Assembly (NCBI GenBank): GCA_013265495.1
Contig: MU058038.1
Coordinates: 90,514-112,965, forward strand
Source: Vicugna vicugna
Taxonomy: Eukaryota
Reading direction: 5' to 3'
DNA: 22,452 bases
Shown piece by piece: positions 10,725-22,452 of this stretch. A program made the translations under genes and the position numbers. The notes below the pieces were generated by a model that saw nothing but the letters and a program-made list of their open reading frames with translations, did no database searches and had not been told where the DNA came from. Every line of letters starts with the position of its first letter. The first letter of the stretch is position 1.

Positions 10725-10909
10725 TAGTGGTTCTCAAAGTGTGGTCTCTAATCCAGGAGCATCAGATCACCTAGGAACTTGTTAGAAAAGCAAAATCTTG
10801 AACCTACCCCAGACCTATTGCATGAGAAGCTCATGGGGGTGAGACCTAGAAATCTGTGTTTTAACAACCTCCGCTTGGTTCTGATACACATTAAAGTTTG
10901 AGAATGGTC
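10725..10909. mobile_element. MER5A-like hAT-Charlie non-autonomous DNA transposon
   Basis: AGTGGTTCTCAAAGTGTGGTC...ATCACCTAGGAACTTGTTAGAAA...AAATCTGTGTTTTAACAA...TAAAGTTTGAGAA with imperfect terminal inverted repeats; ~185 nt. Confidence 0.85.
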
Positions 10910-12097
10910 TCAGTAACAGTGTTTTTTTAATCAAACAAAATTATTTGGAATCTGAATACAAATGCCCTAGCTTATTTACCGTAATGTTAAATTTTGCTTT
11001 CTTTATGGAAAAAAAATTAGGTGAATGATTCTAATAAATTTTTTGTAGGATAAAATATTACAGGAGGAAAAAGATAAAATAGCTTATTTCCTCAAAGCAT
11101 CTAGGGCAAAAAAAAAAGGATGTATGAATAAAAAATATAGTCAGTTTGTTTAACTAAATATTATTGTTTTGTATTTTTAACAATATTGAATTTCATAGTC
11201 AATGGATATGTTTCTTTTCTCTTCCTGAATTTCTCCAAGATCTTGTCCTTTAACTATTAATTATTCATCTTCTTTATAGTGACTTATCAGTGATCCTTAT
11301 TCCCACCTTGTCTATTCCACAAAATACTTTTATCATAGGGCATGACTGAATCCTCTGATAGCCATATCCAGCCTCTGAATATTGCCAAATTATACAATAT
11401 GCATTGTGCATTTTTGTGTTAATAAATGGCTTTTTTGTTGTTGTTGTTCTTAACTGTCTGTAACAGTGAGGAATATAATGCTATTTCATCTCTGATTTGC
11501 TAACAAAATACTTTCCTTCCCATTTCTACCCATAAGTCACTCAAGTGCTCTCTGTAAGCCAGCCCTGGCTGCCAACACTTTCCCTCCATGGGTGAATCCA
11601 GGACTTCCACTAGAATACACGTGTACAAATTGTTCCCATCCAATCTGCACATCTACTTCCATTACTCTGGTCATAGAGGCACTTAAGTGTCCCACTGGCT
11701 AATCAGGCTTCACGGTGGACCAGTCTGAAGCCTTATCTATCCTCTCCAGGCTCCCTACTTTTCTGAATAACAGCATTATCCTCTTGAAGGCTAGATGCTC
11801 CTGTCATCTTTCAGGACATTCTTATTTTCTTCCTTTGAAATCTTTTACTCTGAACTTCATATTGTAGCTATTGATATACATATTATTTCTCTACTTGAGC
11901 TAAAAGAATTGAATTGTCATTAAAGCAGAATACTACCAGTATATACAAATATATATGGATGTATAGAGAATTATCGACAAGAATGTTCACAAAAATTTAA
12001 GAGTGATTTATAGGTGTTCATTTTTGTTACATTTATAGAGTATTTTTGAACTGTTCAGAAGTTTAAAAATAAGCATGTACAATTTCCCCCAAAAAGG

Positions 12098-12138
12098 TGA
12101 TAGATAGATAGGTAGATAGATAGACAGACAGACAGACA
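12098..12138. repeat. (TAGA)n(CAGA)n tetranucleotide repeat
   Basis: Directly visible. Confidence 0.85.
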
Positions 12139-13574
12139 TGGGGAGATAATCTGGGCTATATGAACCATGGAAAATCTTAACTTTGTCAAAGTTCAATTTT
12201 CTCATCTTTAGTGTGGCTGAGAATTCCTGCCTTTCTCACAGGAGTACTTCAAGGATCAAAGAAGAAGACTCTGTGTAAGGCTAAAGTAAAATCTATCTAT
12301 GTGAAAGCCTTACAGTGACAAAGAAACCAAAGTTGATGTATTTATTGCCTATTTCACCCAATCTAGCTCTTCCATGCTCCATAGTCCCTGGGGAAGAGAG
12401 GGAGTCAGTATAGCCAATATTTAGAGAACAAAGGAGACAGTGGGTAAAGGTGACTATGAACAGATTGGCAGGGCCAGATTTTTTCAGAATTAGACCAGAA
12501 AAATGTAAAATCTTCTTCAAGAACCAAAGAGACTCCCCAGCTGACTTGACTGTTATAATGTGTTAAATGTATTATTTAAGAATATTCAATTATTCTATAG
12601 AAAATAGGAGGAATAGACAAATAAAGAGAAGAAGTTCCTTGTAGATAATAAGTAAGCACAGCCTATGAGAGAGGGTAGACTTAAATAAACAGAGCATCTT
12701 CCAACATAGATATAGGAAGGGGTGGAAGGACCAAGTAAGCACCACGTCAAATACACGTGAGGTACATGAGGTACCCAGTGTTTACGTCTCCTATCAGTCA
12801 TCCATTGGTGATAACCACTGTTGCCTATATTGTCCTCTGCATGCTAAACACAGAAATCCATAGCTATTCAGCAGGTTATTGGTGAATTACAACTATGGCC
12901 AGGCATACTTGCCCCTGTGTCTCACTGATCAAGCAAGTGTAAACTGGCTTCAGGTACCTTCTATCTGCTGAGCCCCCTTGCCCACTCCCATTTCTAGTCC
13001 TTTTAAGTGCAGCATCACTGGGGAAGGCTGATGCCCTAGAGCAAGACATGACAGATCACCGTGTAACCCAGGAGTGGATTCTGTGTTGTACTCCCCCCAT
13101 CACTGCACTCTGTTCTAAGTATGTTAACTTCACTCACCACTTTCGCCTTGATCCTTGTTTTATGTTTTAAATGGACTCAGTTAACTGTGTGATTTGAACA
13201 TCTTCATTTGGCCTATGAGCCTTTCTGTTCAGTGAACTCTGGGATTTCTTATCTGGTAATAGAAGACTATGATTACAACAAAGTACTTTCTTATCACAAC
13301 AACCTTATTATAGAAGAGGGCTGGAAATAAGGTGAGAGGGGTTGGAGGAGGAGAGAACATGGGGTTGTGACCATCCAGGTACCAGATGGTACCCTAAGCA
13401 TATCTAGTTCTTGCAATGAGGCAACCTTTAGAGTGAAATGGTATCCTGGCTGAATAATGGCAGCCACTGAGGTCATCTTCCTCCATGCTTTTCCCAGCTT
13501 CCTGACAGCAGTTTGGCTTCCCAAATAGATTTGCCTGCAGGGAGTTAATGGGCTGATGAGTTACATTTCTCGTT

Positions 13575-13800
13575 GGAAATTAAGAGCATGAGTTCTGGAA
13601 CCAGACTATTCAGGTTAGGATCTTAACATCCCATTTACTAACAGTGAAACCTGGGGGAAATTCCTTAATCTCTGAGCCTCATTTTCTTTATTAGTAGCAT
13701 TACGATGAAAAGAATACCTATTGTATCAAGCTTTTATGCGAGTAACATGTATTAATATTTATAAAGCAATTAGCACTGTGGAATTCAATAAATGCTAATT
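13575..13800 (+). mobile_element. MIR SINE, near full length
   Basis: TTAAGAGCATGAGTTCTGGAACCAGACT...CTTAATCTCTGAGCCTCATTTTCTT...TAAAGCAATTAGCAC...TCAATAAATGCTA. Confidence 0.8.
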
Positions 13801-14339
13801 CCTATGAATGATAGCAATTATTATTGGGGGTTATGAATCTGTCCCTTGAGAGTCTGATCAGTGGTATCTAGTCCCTCAGAGCTCACCACCCCTGGCTTAT
13901 CAACAAAATGAAATCTCTGAGCCTACAGAGCCAAGGACCAGAGGCTGGAAGGGAGAGAGCATGGGTACAATGTCCTGTGTGAGTGGCCAGCAATTCATTT
14001 CCTTCTCTGCTGCCTCACGATGCAATAAGACTGAATGCAACAACTTCCCAACCATTAAACACAAAATCCAGGTAGCAAAGGAAGAGAAAAGGGGGGAAAG
14101 ATCAACCAAAGAAACACAAACCCCAAATCAAAACCTGGCTGAGGAAAATTCAGTCAGGAGCTCAAAGTTTAGCTCTGAGCAGGGACTCCTAAGGGCTGAA
14201 GAGGGCCCACCGCCTTAAGAAAGTTTGCAAGATCAGAAAATACTTCACATTTTGCTCACCTGGTCTAGAAGGGAGCATGAGATTCAGAACTAAATAACCA
14301 ACCAACCAAATTTAAAAGTTTCCCAATGTCCAGAGCCAG

Positions 14340-14960
14340 TTGTACCAAAACTCTGGGAGGCCAATTTAGTAATACCTATCAAAATAACCGTGCAGATATA
14401 CGGAAAATGAGCCCCAAGTTATACGTACAGGGATAATAACTCGTGACGGTGTTTTCAGTAGCAAAAATCTGGAAAACAAATATCAATATGACTTTATGTA
14501 AATAAAGACACATCCATTAAATGAAAACTGTATTCCTTAAAAAGAACAAAGAAGATTGATACAGAGGCATTTTTATATCTATAAAGGTTGATATAGAGTG
14601 ACTTCATATAAAAATATAAATATACATGTATATAAAGATCCCCCCTTTGCTTTTTTACTTTTATATAAAATATATGTATACATTTTTTACTTATATGTTT
14701 CACTTATATATAAAATATGTATATTAAGTGGATTAAAAACAAAAGGCAGGACAGTGTGTCTTCCATGTAAATTGTCATATAAGAACATTGGTAAATAAAT
14801 AGAACATTTTTCTGGAAGTACACATAAGAAACTTGTAACAGTTGTTACCATTATGAAGAGGAAATGAAGTAGGAGCCTGGGAAGAAGAGGATTTTGCTTT
14901 TCTTTTTATTCCTTTCAGTTCTGTTGGATTTGCTCTCAAGTCAAGTCTCACTTTTATTGT
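14340..14960 (+). mobile_element. Old L1M (L1MC/ME-like) 3' fragment
   Basis: Degenerate L1 motifs (AGTAGCAAAAATCTGGAAAACAA, TTCTGGAAG..CATAAGAAACT.TAACAGT.GTTACC) interrupted by AT-rich simple sequence. Confidence 0.55.
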
Positions 14961-15744
14961 ATGTGTGCATCAACAGAAGTAATCTAGACAGTAGGATTAT
15001 GAGCCATTTTGTTTTTCCATTTTAAATCTTTATTATAAAAAATGCTCAATGTTTTAAAAACAGGAGGGGGGATAGACCATCTCAAAACGCCTAGCCTGGT
15101 TCCTGGCACATGGTAGACAACACGTATTAGTTAAGTCTTTAAAGAGAGAGTTTTATAAATTGAAAAAGAAAAGAATTCACTAAACAGGTGTCCCTGTTTC
15201 AGCAGGCATTCCCCTGGGTGAAATTCCACGCCCATCCTGGTGTGTGTGTGTTTGTTTTGCTTTGTTTGTTAATGAGGCCTGATGATAGGTTGCTTCTCTG
15301 CTAGGCTAACCACACCCTAAAGAGCTGAACCTTGGAGAACCTTGAAACTAGGCAGAGACTGGACACAACAGAATAAAACCTGGAGTTGTTGGTTGATCCC
15401 TGAGCAAGTTGAGACTGATATTTTGAGAAGGTTAGTCTGGCTGAGCTGTGCACAGAGGACTGAACACCAAAGAATTAAAACTAAAACCAAATGGGAGGCT
15501 GCTATGAGCCATATAGGGCCCTGAACAAGAATGGTGGCAGCAAAAAGCAAACAAACATACAAACAAAAATTTTAAAAAATAATAATAATAAAAAAATGAT
15601 GGCAGCAGGACTGAAGGTTGGAAAAATCGATGGAGATGGAAGGAGGCACAGAAATCTCTGGTTTCTCTAAACTTGAAATGGTCACTGGGGCTGAATTTAG
15701 ATGTCTCCCTTCAATTTGAGGCAATTTTTAAACAAAAGAGTAAT

Positions 15745-15900
15745 CAGTAATAGTTCCCATCTGTTGAATATCTACTATGTACAACTTAACATAGCTTGCA
15801 TAGTTTACAAATCTTCAGAACAGCCCCAAAAGGTAATTAGCACCATGTTACAAAGCAAAAAACTAATGTTCATACAGTTTAAATAACTTGGCGTTCTCTG
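15745..15900 (-). mobile_element. MIR SINE fragment
   Basis: Degenerate MIR core (aatcttcagaacagccc...ccatgttacaaa...aaactaatg...gtttaaataacttg). Confidence 0.55.
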
Positions 15901-16719
15901 ATACACTATGAGGCTCCAGAATCTTACTAAAATATTGGTCTAAATTTTTTAAATCACAAATAATCTGAGGATCTTTAATACATTTGCTATACTTATTTAA
16001 TAGAACTATACGATATCGGTGCTGAAAAGGACCCAGGAAATCATGTGGTCCAATTTCCTCATAATGTTTCTTCTGGTTTTAGGACAGAACTCTAGCTTCC
16101 CTTCCTCACCAGATCCCTCCCTAAGTGGTGTAGATGTCCCTCAGAGGCCTGTCCTTTGGGCCATCCCTTTATAAGCTCTTCCCAGGGACTCCCAGGGGTT
16201 CCTCTAGCTCTTCTGGGCAAACAAGGAAATCCAGCTGGGTCTCTACACTCCCAACTGCCTGAAGGCCATGGCCATTGGCCTCTCCGCTTCGATACCTCTG
16301 TCCCAGTGTGGCCTGAACTCCTCAGCAGCAATCCATCCCAGGCTGCCTTTCCTGTGAGAGTGGCATCGTCTCCCAGTCACTCAGCAAGAAGGGCTCAAGA
16401 CACCTTTGATTGCTTTCAGCTGCAACAACCTCCTACCCCTTCCCCCACCCACGTTCAGGGGGTCTTCCACGTGCCATGACGTCAAAACCTCCCCCCCAGC
16501 TCGTTGCTGTGGCTGCTTCCTTCATGCTCACCCTCAGCCGCTCTCACCTGCTACGTCCCTGAGGCCTGGGACTCGGCCTCCTCCCTCGGATGCTGCTCAC
16601 TTCTGATTCCTTTCCTCCCCGAGATTAGCCTCCTTTACACACAGCTCTGATTATGTTACCCACCTCTTCAGGCCCTGTCCAGTTTTGGTTTTCCTCGCTT
16701 TTCTAATTTTCTTTTATCC

Positions 16720-17760
16720 TCCTTTCCCTATCTTTTCCCCACTCTCCCTCACAGAAAACCATTCTACTATGTTTAAAATCTCTTTATTTCTGTATATGAT
16801 TGCAAAATATATTCATGTATTTTGAATTTTCATAAATAATATTTTTAAGTCTCATTCCCTTTATTGCCTCATTTCCCTCAGAATTACGTGTTTAAGATCT
16901 GTCCTTATAGTTACGTGTCCATGTAATCCACTGTCTCTCATTGCTGCAGAGGACACTGTGGAGCGTATTCACCACATTTTCTCTGCTCACACTCTCAGTG
17001 ATGAATGCCCACATTGTTTCTAATGCTCCATCATACTTGTCATGTTCCCTGAGAGAACATGTGAGAATTTCTTTTGGATAAATACCCAGAAACAGAATTG
17101 CTGGTTCCTATGATGTGTAACCTTAACTGGCCTCAGAAGTACCAGGCTTCTCTCCAGAATGGCTGCCCTAGGCCACACCCCACCAGCTGTGCACCAACCT
17201 TCTAAGCCCTCCAACCTGGCCAACACTTGTTATGGAAATGACAGGCCAGTCAAGAAACAAGCACCTCTCTGGGGGTTGGAGTACTCAGATTTATTACCCC
17301 GGCGGGCTCAGAGGGGCTTCTGCTCCGAAGCTCTGAGCACCTCCGAGATGTGCGCATGGGGTTTTATAGGGTTAATTACAAGCCTGGGGCTATTAGCCAA
17401 AAAGGCTTGAACAACAAAACCAAGGAATCAGTACACTGGAGCTTCTCTATTAGGAACAGATCACGTTACTGACACTTGTTGAGCTTGGATTTACGAGTTA
17501 GCTTGAACGAGTTAGCAGCCCAGTAAACTGACACTAAACTTCAGATTTACGAGTTAGCCCAGCAGAACTTAGATCAGTAAACTGTCACTTGTTACACTTA
17601 GATTTATGAGTTATCTTGTTAGCCCAGCCCGGCTTTTCCTTCACACACTTAGCATTATTCAGCTTTCCATGATTTGCCAGAGTACCCAGCATAAACTGAT
17701 ATCTCATTATTGCTTTCATTTTATTACTAATATTTATGAGCATTTCAACAAATACGTTTT
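16720..17760 (-). mobile_element. Old L1M fragment, interrupted by a solo LTR at 17228-17645
   Basis: Antisense L1 ORF2/3' motifs (GGATAAATACCCAGAA.CAGAATTGCTGG, TCTCCAGAATGGCTG, CCAACACT|TAGCATT, ATCTCATT.TTGCTTT) resume across the LTR. Confidence 0.7.
17228..17645 (-). mobile_element. Well-preserved ERV1-type solo LTR, 418 nt, 4-bp TSD CACT
   Basis: TG...CA termini; CACT at 17224-17227 and 17646-17649; minus-strand TATAAAA (17362-17368) upstream of AATAAA (17290-17295); tandem U3 repeats. Confidence 0.88.
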
Positions 17761-18678
17761 TTTCTTCCTCTTCTTTAATCCTTTCCCCTACACTCTTCAC
17801 AGATTAAAATCTACCCCTCTCCAATTTGGCATTTTAAGTCCCCCCATAAGCTGGCCTCAAAGGCCCCACCACTGAAAAGTCATTTGCCATTCTTGGTCTT
17901 GGTCCTCCCTGTGGACTGGCCACCACTCATAATTCTCCTTACCTTTTTCTGGTTCCCTGCCCCATCCCAGGTTCTCCTACAAGAAGAGCTCTTGAGTCCC
18001 TCAGTTAGAATTGCCCTTTCCCTCTGAACTTCCAGATAATTCATCTGCACCTTTCTCTGTCACCTTTCACATGTGCCTTCATTATAGTGCATGTCTTCTC
18101 ACAGAGCCTGAAGAGCTAGTTCCCATTTCTGCAAACTCAGATACATGTCTCCAGCCATGAAGAATTGCCAGGCTTCTTTGAACAAAACAACGAATTTTTA
18201 ATTGTGAGGTGATTTTACTTTATTCTTTGTAATTTTCTCTACTGCAGTGGTTTTCATTTGCAGGTTGTAACCCATGAGCAGGTGGTAAAATCAACTTAAA
18301 GAATGGGAGCCAGTATCTTTTATTAATGAAATAGAGAAGGATTGAAAATATCCAAGGTGCAACCCAAGTGAAAAAAAAATCCTTTTGTATAATTTGTTTC
18401 ATTTTAGATACATGTGAATGTGCAGCAGGTAGTAATGTAAAATTATATCTTACTATAGTTTGGAGACAGAAGAAATCAGAGCTGTTATACAGATATAGTG
18501 ATACTGTATCTCTGTGTGTAACTATTGTGTGTATTGTTTTCTTCTGAAGCAGTGAATCTAATACAAAAAGAAAAGCAAAACACAAGACCCAGGCTCAAGC
18601 TCTACCTCTGCTGTCTTCTGCTTATGTAACCCAAATCCCCAGGCGGCTCACCCTCAGCAGGTTTAATTTCTTCAACTA

Positions 18679-19066
18679 TTCAACAGAAATTTATTTTTTT
18701 ATTGACATATAGCTGATTTATCATGTGTTAGTTTCAGGTATACAGCATACTGATTCCGTTTTATATATATATACATACATATGTGTGTGTGTATATATAT
18801 ATATATATATAACTGAATATATATATATAGCTATATAACTGAATATATATATATTCTTTTTCAGATTCTTTTCCATTATAGTTTATTACAAATATTGAAT
18901 ATAGTTCCCTGTGCCATACAATAGGTCCTTGTTGTTTATCTATTTTATATATAGTAGTGTATATCTTTAACCCAAAACTGCTAATTTATCCCTCCCTGCC
19001 GCATTTCCCCTTTGGTAACCTTAAGATTGTTTTCTATGTCTGTGAGTCTATTTTCAACAGAAATTT
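18679..19066 (-). mobile_element. 5'-truncated L1 3' end with 14-bp TSD, inserted in a MIR-like element; internal (TA)n/(TG)n
   Basis: TTCAACAGAAATTT at 18679-18692 and 19053-19066. The body TTTTTCAGATTCTTTTCCATTATAG...TATTGAATATAGTTCCCTGTGC.ATACA resembles cetartiodactyl/laurasiatherian L1 3'UTRs. Confidence 0.88.
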
Positions 19067-19220
19067 TAAAAGCCCTTCCTCCCTTTCAGGGCTATTGTGA
19101 AACTGGATGCAAGAAGGTGAGTAAAAGATGAGCCATAAGCCATCTAGGAACCTGGGTATTCTTACTGCCTGGACCACACAGTCTAGAAGCTGGGCATGTG
19201 TTGAAAATTATTCACCAATT

Positions 19221-19247
19221 TGTGTGTGTGTGTGTGTGTGTGTGTGT
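19221..19247. repeat. (TG)n microsatellite
   Basis: Directly visible. Confidence 0.9.
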
Positions 19248-19523
19248 CATTCTTTTTTTTCCATGACATGATTTTAATTGAGACTTACATCAATTCATAT
19301 TAATGTCACTAATATTTACATCATCGATATAGCAATCATGCTACCAATATTGCTTTATGACTATAAGTAAGGCTCTGTTCTAAGCACTTTGTGTGGGCTA
19401 CATTATCTCTGTTCATCCTCACAGCAATCCTGAAGTGGGTGCAATTATGATCCTGCTTTACGCATGACGAAGTGGAGATATCTTCTCTTTGCAGCCCTTT
19501 CTTGGTTAAGGGTCAGGAGCCCT

Positions 19524-19967
19524 TGTCGGTGGCACGACATCATGTACACACAAACACCGTGCAGAGAGAAGCAAAAAGTTCTCTGTTTATTGATTCTTAG
19601 GAAAGGATTTATATAGAACATGCATGGTGCCTCACATAGCATCTAAGTTATAACAATGTTAATAATTTTAAGCTAGTTAGGTTCCCAGGCTCCTGCAGTA
19701 AGCACAGGATGTTACATGATCAAGGACAGATTGTTTTAAAGTTCGTCACAAGACTTCATTAAGTAGGCCATCTCTTGTCCAGCTGGCTGTGCCTGTCTTA
19801 GGTTGTCCTCCTCTGAGGCTCTTATCCATCATTGGCTTTCCAGCCGTCCATACTGGGTACATTAAATAGGCCATCTCTTATCCAGCCAGCTACGTGACAT
19901 TTCTCACAGCTTGTTTATCAGTTCAGCCCATGGCTTATTCTCTAGAGCCTTCAGGCGGGGGCCTACA
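19524..19967 (-). mobile_element. Solo LTR, 444 nt, 5-bp TSD GCCCT
   Basis: TG...CA termini; GCCCT at 19519-19523 and 19968-19972; minus-strand TATATAAA (19608-19615) and AATAAA (19586-19591); internal ~32-nt direct repeat (19757-19788 / 19860-19891). Confidence 0.82.
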
Positions 19968-20959
19968 GCCCTGGCCCTACACAAAGAGGTCTCAGGCCTC
20001 AGCCCCAGTTCATTGAAGTAAGGACCCCAGACTTCTGTTTCCCAACCCCTTTCTCTCCTCTACCATCCTTTCTCCCCTTTCTGTCTCTCTTTATGTGTAC
20101 TTCCCTCTATGTTCCTGATCACATCTCAATTTCATACCAAATCCCCAAAAAGTCCTGTCAGCAGGGCTGAATCTGATGTCTTTGTGGATATAAAACCAGA
20201 CACTCCTCCCTAGAGCTCCTGCATCCAGGAATAGACTGAGGGCACTGGTGGGTGTGTAGCTCAGTGAACTCCTCTCTCATTTCCTGTCACCAAGAGCAGG
20301 CTGTCTAGGACTATGGCCATTCATAGGTAAGGGGCACCTGGGATTTCCAGATGGGCAGTTTCCTGCTTCTGTATTGTGGGACTCCCCCAAGGACCTTGGA
20401 AGTTCTTCCCAGAGGTCCAGTCCAGGCCTGCTCCTGATCTGTAACTTCAAGGACCCAAGAACTGGGGGCATCTTATGCTCAGCTCCTTCATATAAGGCAG
20501 AGTTGAAGATCAGGGGAGTTGGATCCTTCATCAAGCATCTCCTATGCACCTATGGTGTGCCAGGCACTATTGGGTGCTCATGCCACAGAGATGAACAAGG
20601 ACAAATCCTCAGCCTGAGGAATGATGCCAGCCTAATGCTGAGGGTAGGGGATAGGAAGGGATGTAGGATAGGATGGGGAGAGGCGAGGAGGAGGGCAAAG
20701 AGGAGAAAGGGAAGGAAGGTCACAGAGGGCTGAATCTTGAAGAATGAGCAGGGATTCTCAGGGCTACAAAAAAGAGGAGGACATTCTGGAGAGGAGAAAT
20801 GGAAACTGTGAAGACATTGTATACTTCGGGACCGAGGATGTTCTGAGGGGCTAGAACCTACCTCTTCAGCTGGCAGAGTGCTTGGAGCCTGGGGAGACTC
20901 TGGGAAATATCAGAGATAAACTGTATATTAAAATGGTTTTTATTGGGATTTTTAAATTT

Positions 20960-21230
20960 AATAACTATTAATAGAGCAACTAAAAATAGTTGAATACTTA
21001 TTCTGGACCAGACACTGTGCTAGGTAATTCATAGAAACTGTCACTTTTTAACATTTCTGACAACACTATTAGCAAGATACTGTTGTCACCATTTTACAAA
21101 GGGGACAAGTGAGGCCTACAGAGATTTACTTGCTGAAGTCACATGCCTGTTATATGGGCAAGACCAGGATTCAAATTCAGGTTTGTTTAACTCCAGGGTC
21201 CCTACCAATTATCAACCTCCACTGCTCTGA
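20960..21230 (-). mobile_element. MIR SINE
   Basis: CCAGACACTGTGCTAGG...CCATTTTACAAAGGGGACAAGTGAGGC...AAGTCACA...CCAGGATTCAAATTCAGGT. Confidence 0.75.
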
Positions 21231-21259
21231 CTGCCATGCAAAGGAAGGTGAACTTTATT

Positions 21260-21944
21260 CTGAAGGAAATGGGAAGAAGGTAGAAATTTTTGAAGAATGA
21301 CTGTGACAGTCTCAAAAAAATGCGTTTTAAAAAAGACAGCTCTCATGCGGAGTGGATGCTTAGTGGCAAGGCAGAGTATCAAGACAATATTTAATCCTCT
21401 AGAACAGGGCTGGTAAGGGCGTCAGTTAAGACACAGACCACAGATGGATAGACAGAGCGTGACAGAATTAAAAGTCAGATAGTAGATTTGACATCTGGTG
21501 ACTCATGAGACTGGGACAAATGACAAGAGAAAGGAACTGCTGACCTGAAGAGATGGGAGAGGGAGGGTAAAGGTGTTTTTCAGTAAGATGGAGAATATGG
21601 AAGGGAAAAAGATAGCTTTGGGAAGCAAGATGATGCAATTTTGGAAATAAGCTGAGTTTGAAGTAACTGTTATCCATTCAGGACCTGGCCACCAGGCAGT
21701 TAGAAATATTCTTGTAGAGCTCAGGACTGGGGTCCCAAGACAAGATACCAATCTAGAAGCACTTGGCAGAGTAGATATGGAAAGGCAGGGAATCCATGAC
21801 CTCGCTTGAGTTTCAAAGAGGAAAATATAACAGCCAAGGGCAGCATGGGTGAAACCAGGAATACTGATGGGGCCTGGCAGACAAAGAGGACATGGGAATG
21901 CGGAGATGGGGACCTGGAGAAGGATAAGTGTGATCAGGAAAGAG
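21260..21944. mobile_element. L2 LINE fragment (further L2-like pieces at ~7140-7290, ~10090-10400, ~20545-20900)
   Basis: Degenerate purine-rich L2 motifs (GAGATGGGAGA, TTTTGGAAATAAGCTGAGTTTGAAGT, CAGGCAGTTAGAAATA...GAGCTCAGGA). Confidence 0.6.
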
Positions 21945-22452
21945 TGTGACCGAAAGACCAAGTCCTCTTCCAAGGAAACAAACGTGGTGTCAACACGGCT
22001 GTAATACCCCGGTAGTTTCCCTCAACACACACAAATGCACCTGTCCCCCACTACTCCAAGAATTAAACCTGAACAAAGACTTTATATTTCTAAAGATCCC
22101 TGAAGACAGGCTACCCACATGTCTGAAAAAAAATGAAGGGACATCTCCAAGTTGGAAGACAATGCTGACACAGGTTCAAGCTTTTAGAGACTACATCACG
22201 GAGTACAGTGATTCTCACTCGAACTGGGCAGGGAAATAGTCTGTTGAAGACCCAACTCACAAGAAAGTGGCCTTAGGGTCTATACATACACCCTGACGGA
22301 TTTTGATGAGGAACAAGGATGGGAGACATTATCCTGTCTAGCGAGGCCCGAAATTACCGATACTTTAAGAGCAGGAAACCCGTACTTACTGGGCAGACTG
22401 GGACAGCCAGAGGGGACGACCTCCCTCCAAGCCGGAGGGCCCCGCAGGGTGG
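21945..22452. mobile_element. Possible LTR/ERV sequence interrupting L2 and running off the window
   Basis: Abrupt change from L2-like sequence to a TGTGA-starting, CpG-retaining segment. The other end and TSD are not in the window. Confidence 0.35.

Noticed and set aside
17460..17625. Regularly spaced repeats resembling a CRISPR-like array
   Set aside because: These are imperfect tandem U3 repeats inside an LTR with TSDs, in eukaryotic DNA, with no unique spacers or cas genes.
10263..21973. Numerous 60-156 aa ORFs in the right half of the window
   Set aside because: Many overlap L2, MIR, L1 or LTR sequence or low-complexity DNA, many use non-ATG starts, and none show a recognisable domain or exon chain.

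Overview
Mammalian (probably laurasiatherian/cetartiodactyl) genomic DNA from a replication-dependent histone cluster matching the HIST2 locus. It holds a 3'-truncated H2B gene (H2BC18/HIST2H2BF type, minus strand), an H3.2 gene with intact promoter and 3' stem-loop but a net 17-nt frameshifting loss (minus), and an intact H4 gene with the classic FO108-type Site I/Site II promoter (plus). Between H3 and H4, and not resolved by the ORF track, lies a compact multi-exon gene relic on the minus strand. It has about 10-13 small exons with GT-AG (or singly mutated) boundaries whose phases join into a continuous protein-like reading frame interrupted by stops. It is arranged head-to-head with H4, and I could not identify its protein family. 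The rest is repeat-rich intergenic DNA: several solo LTRs (two with clear TSDs), two 5'-truncated L1 3' ends with TSDs, MER5A, MIR, L2, old L1M pieces and microsatellites. Repeat family names come from recall, not from a database search, and coordinates of old repeats are approximate.
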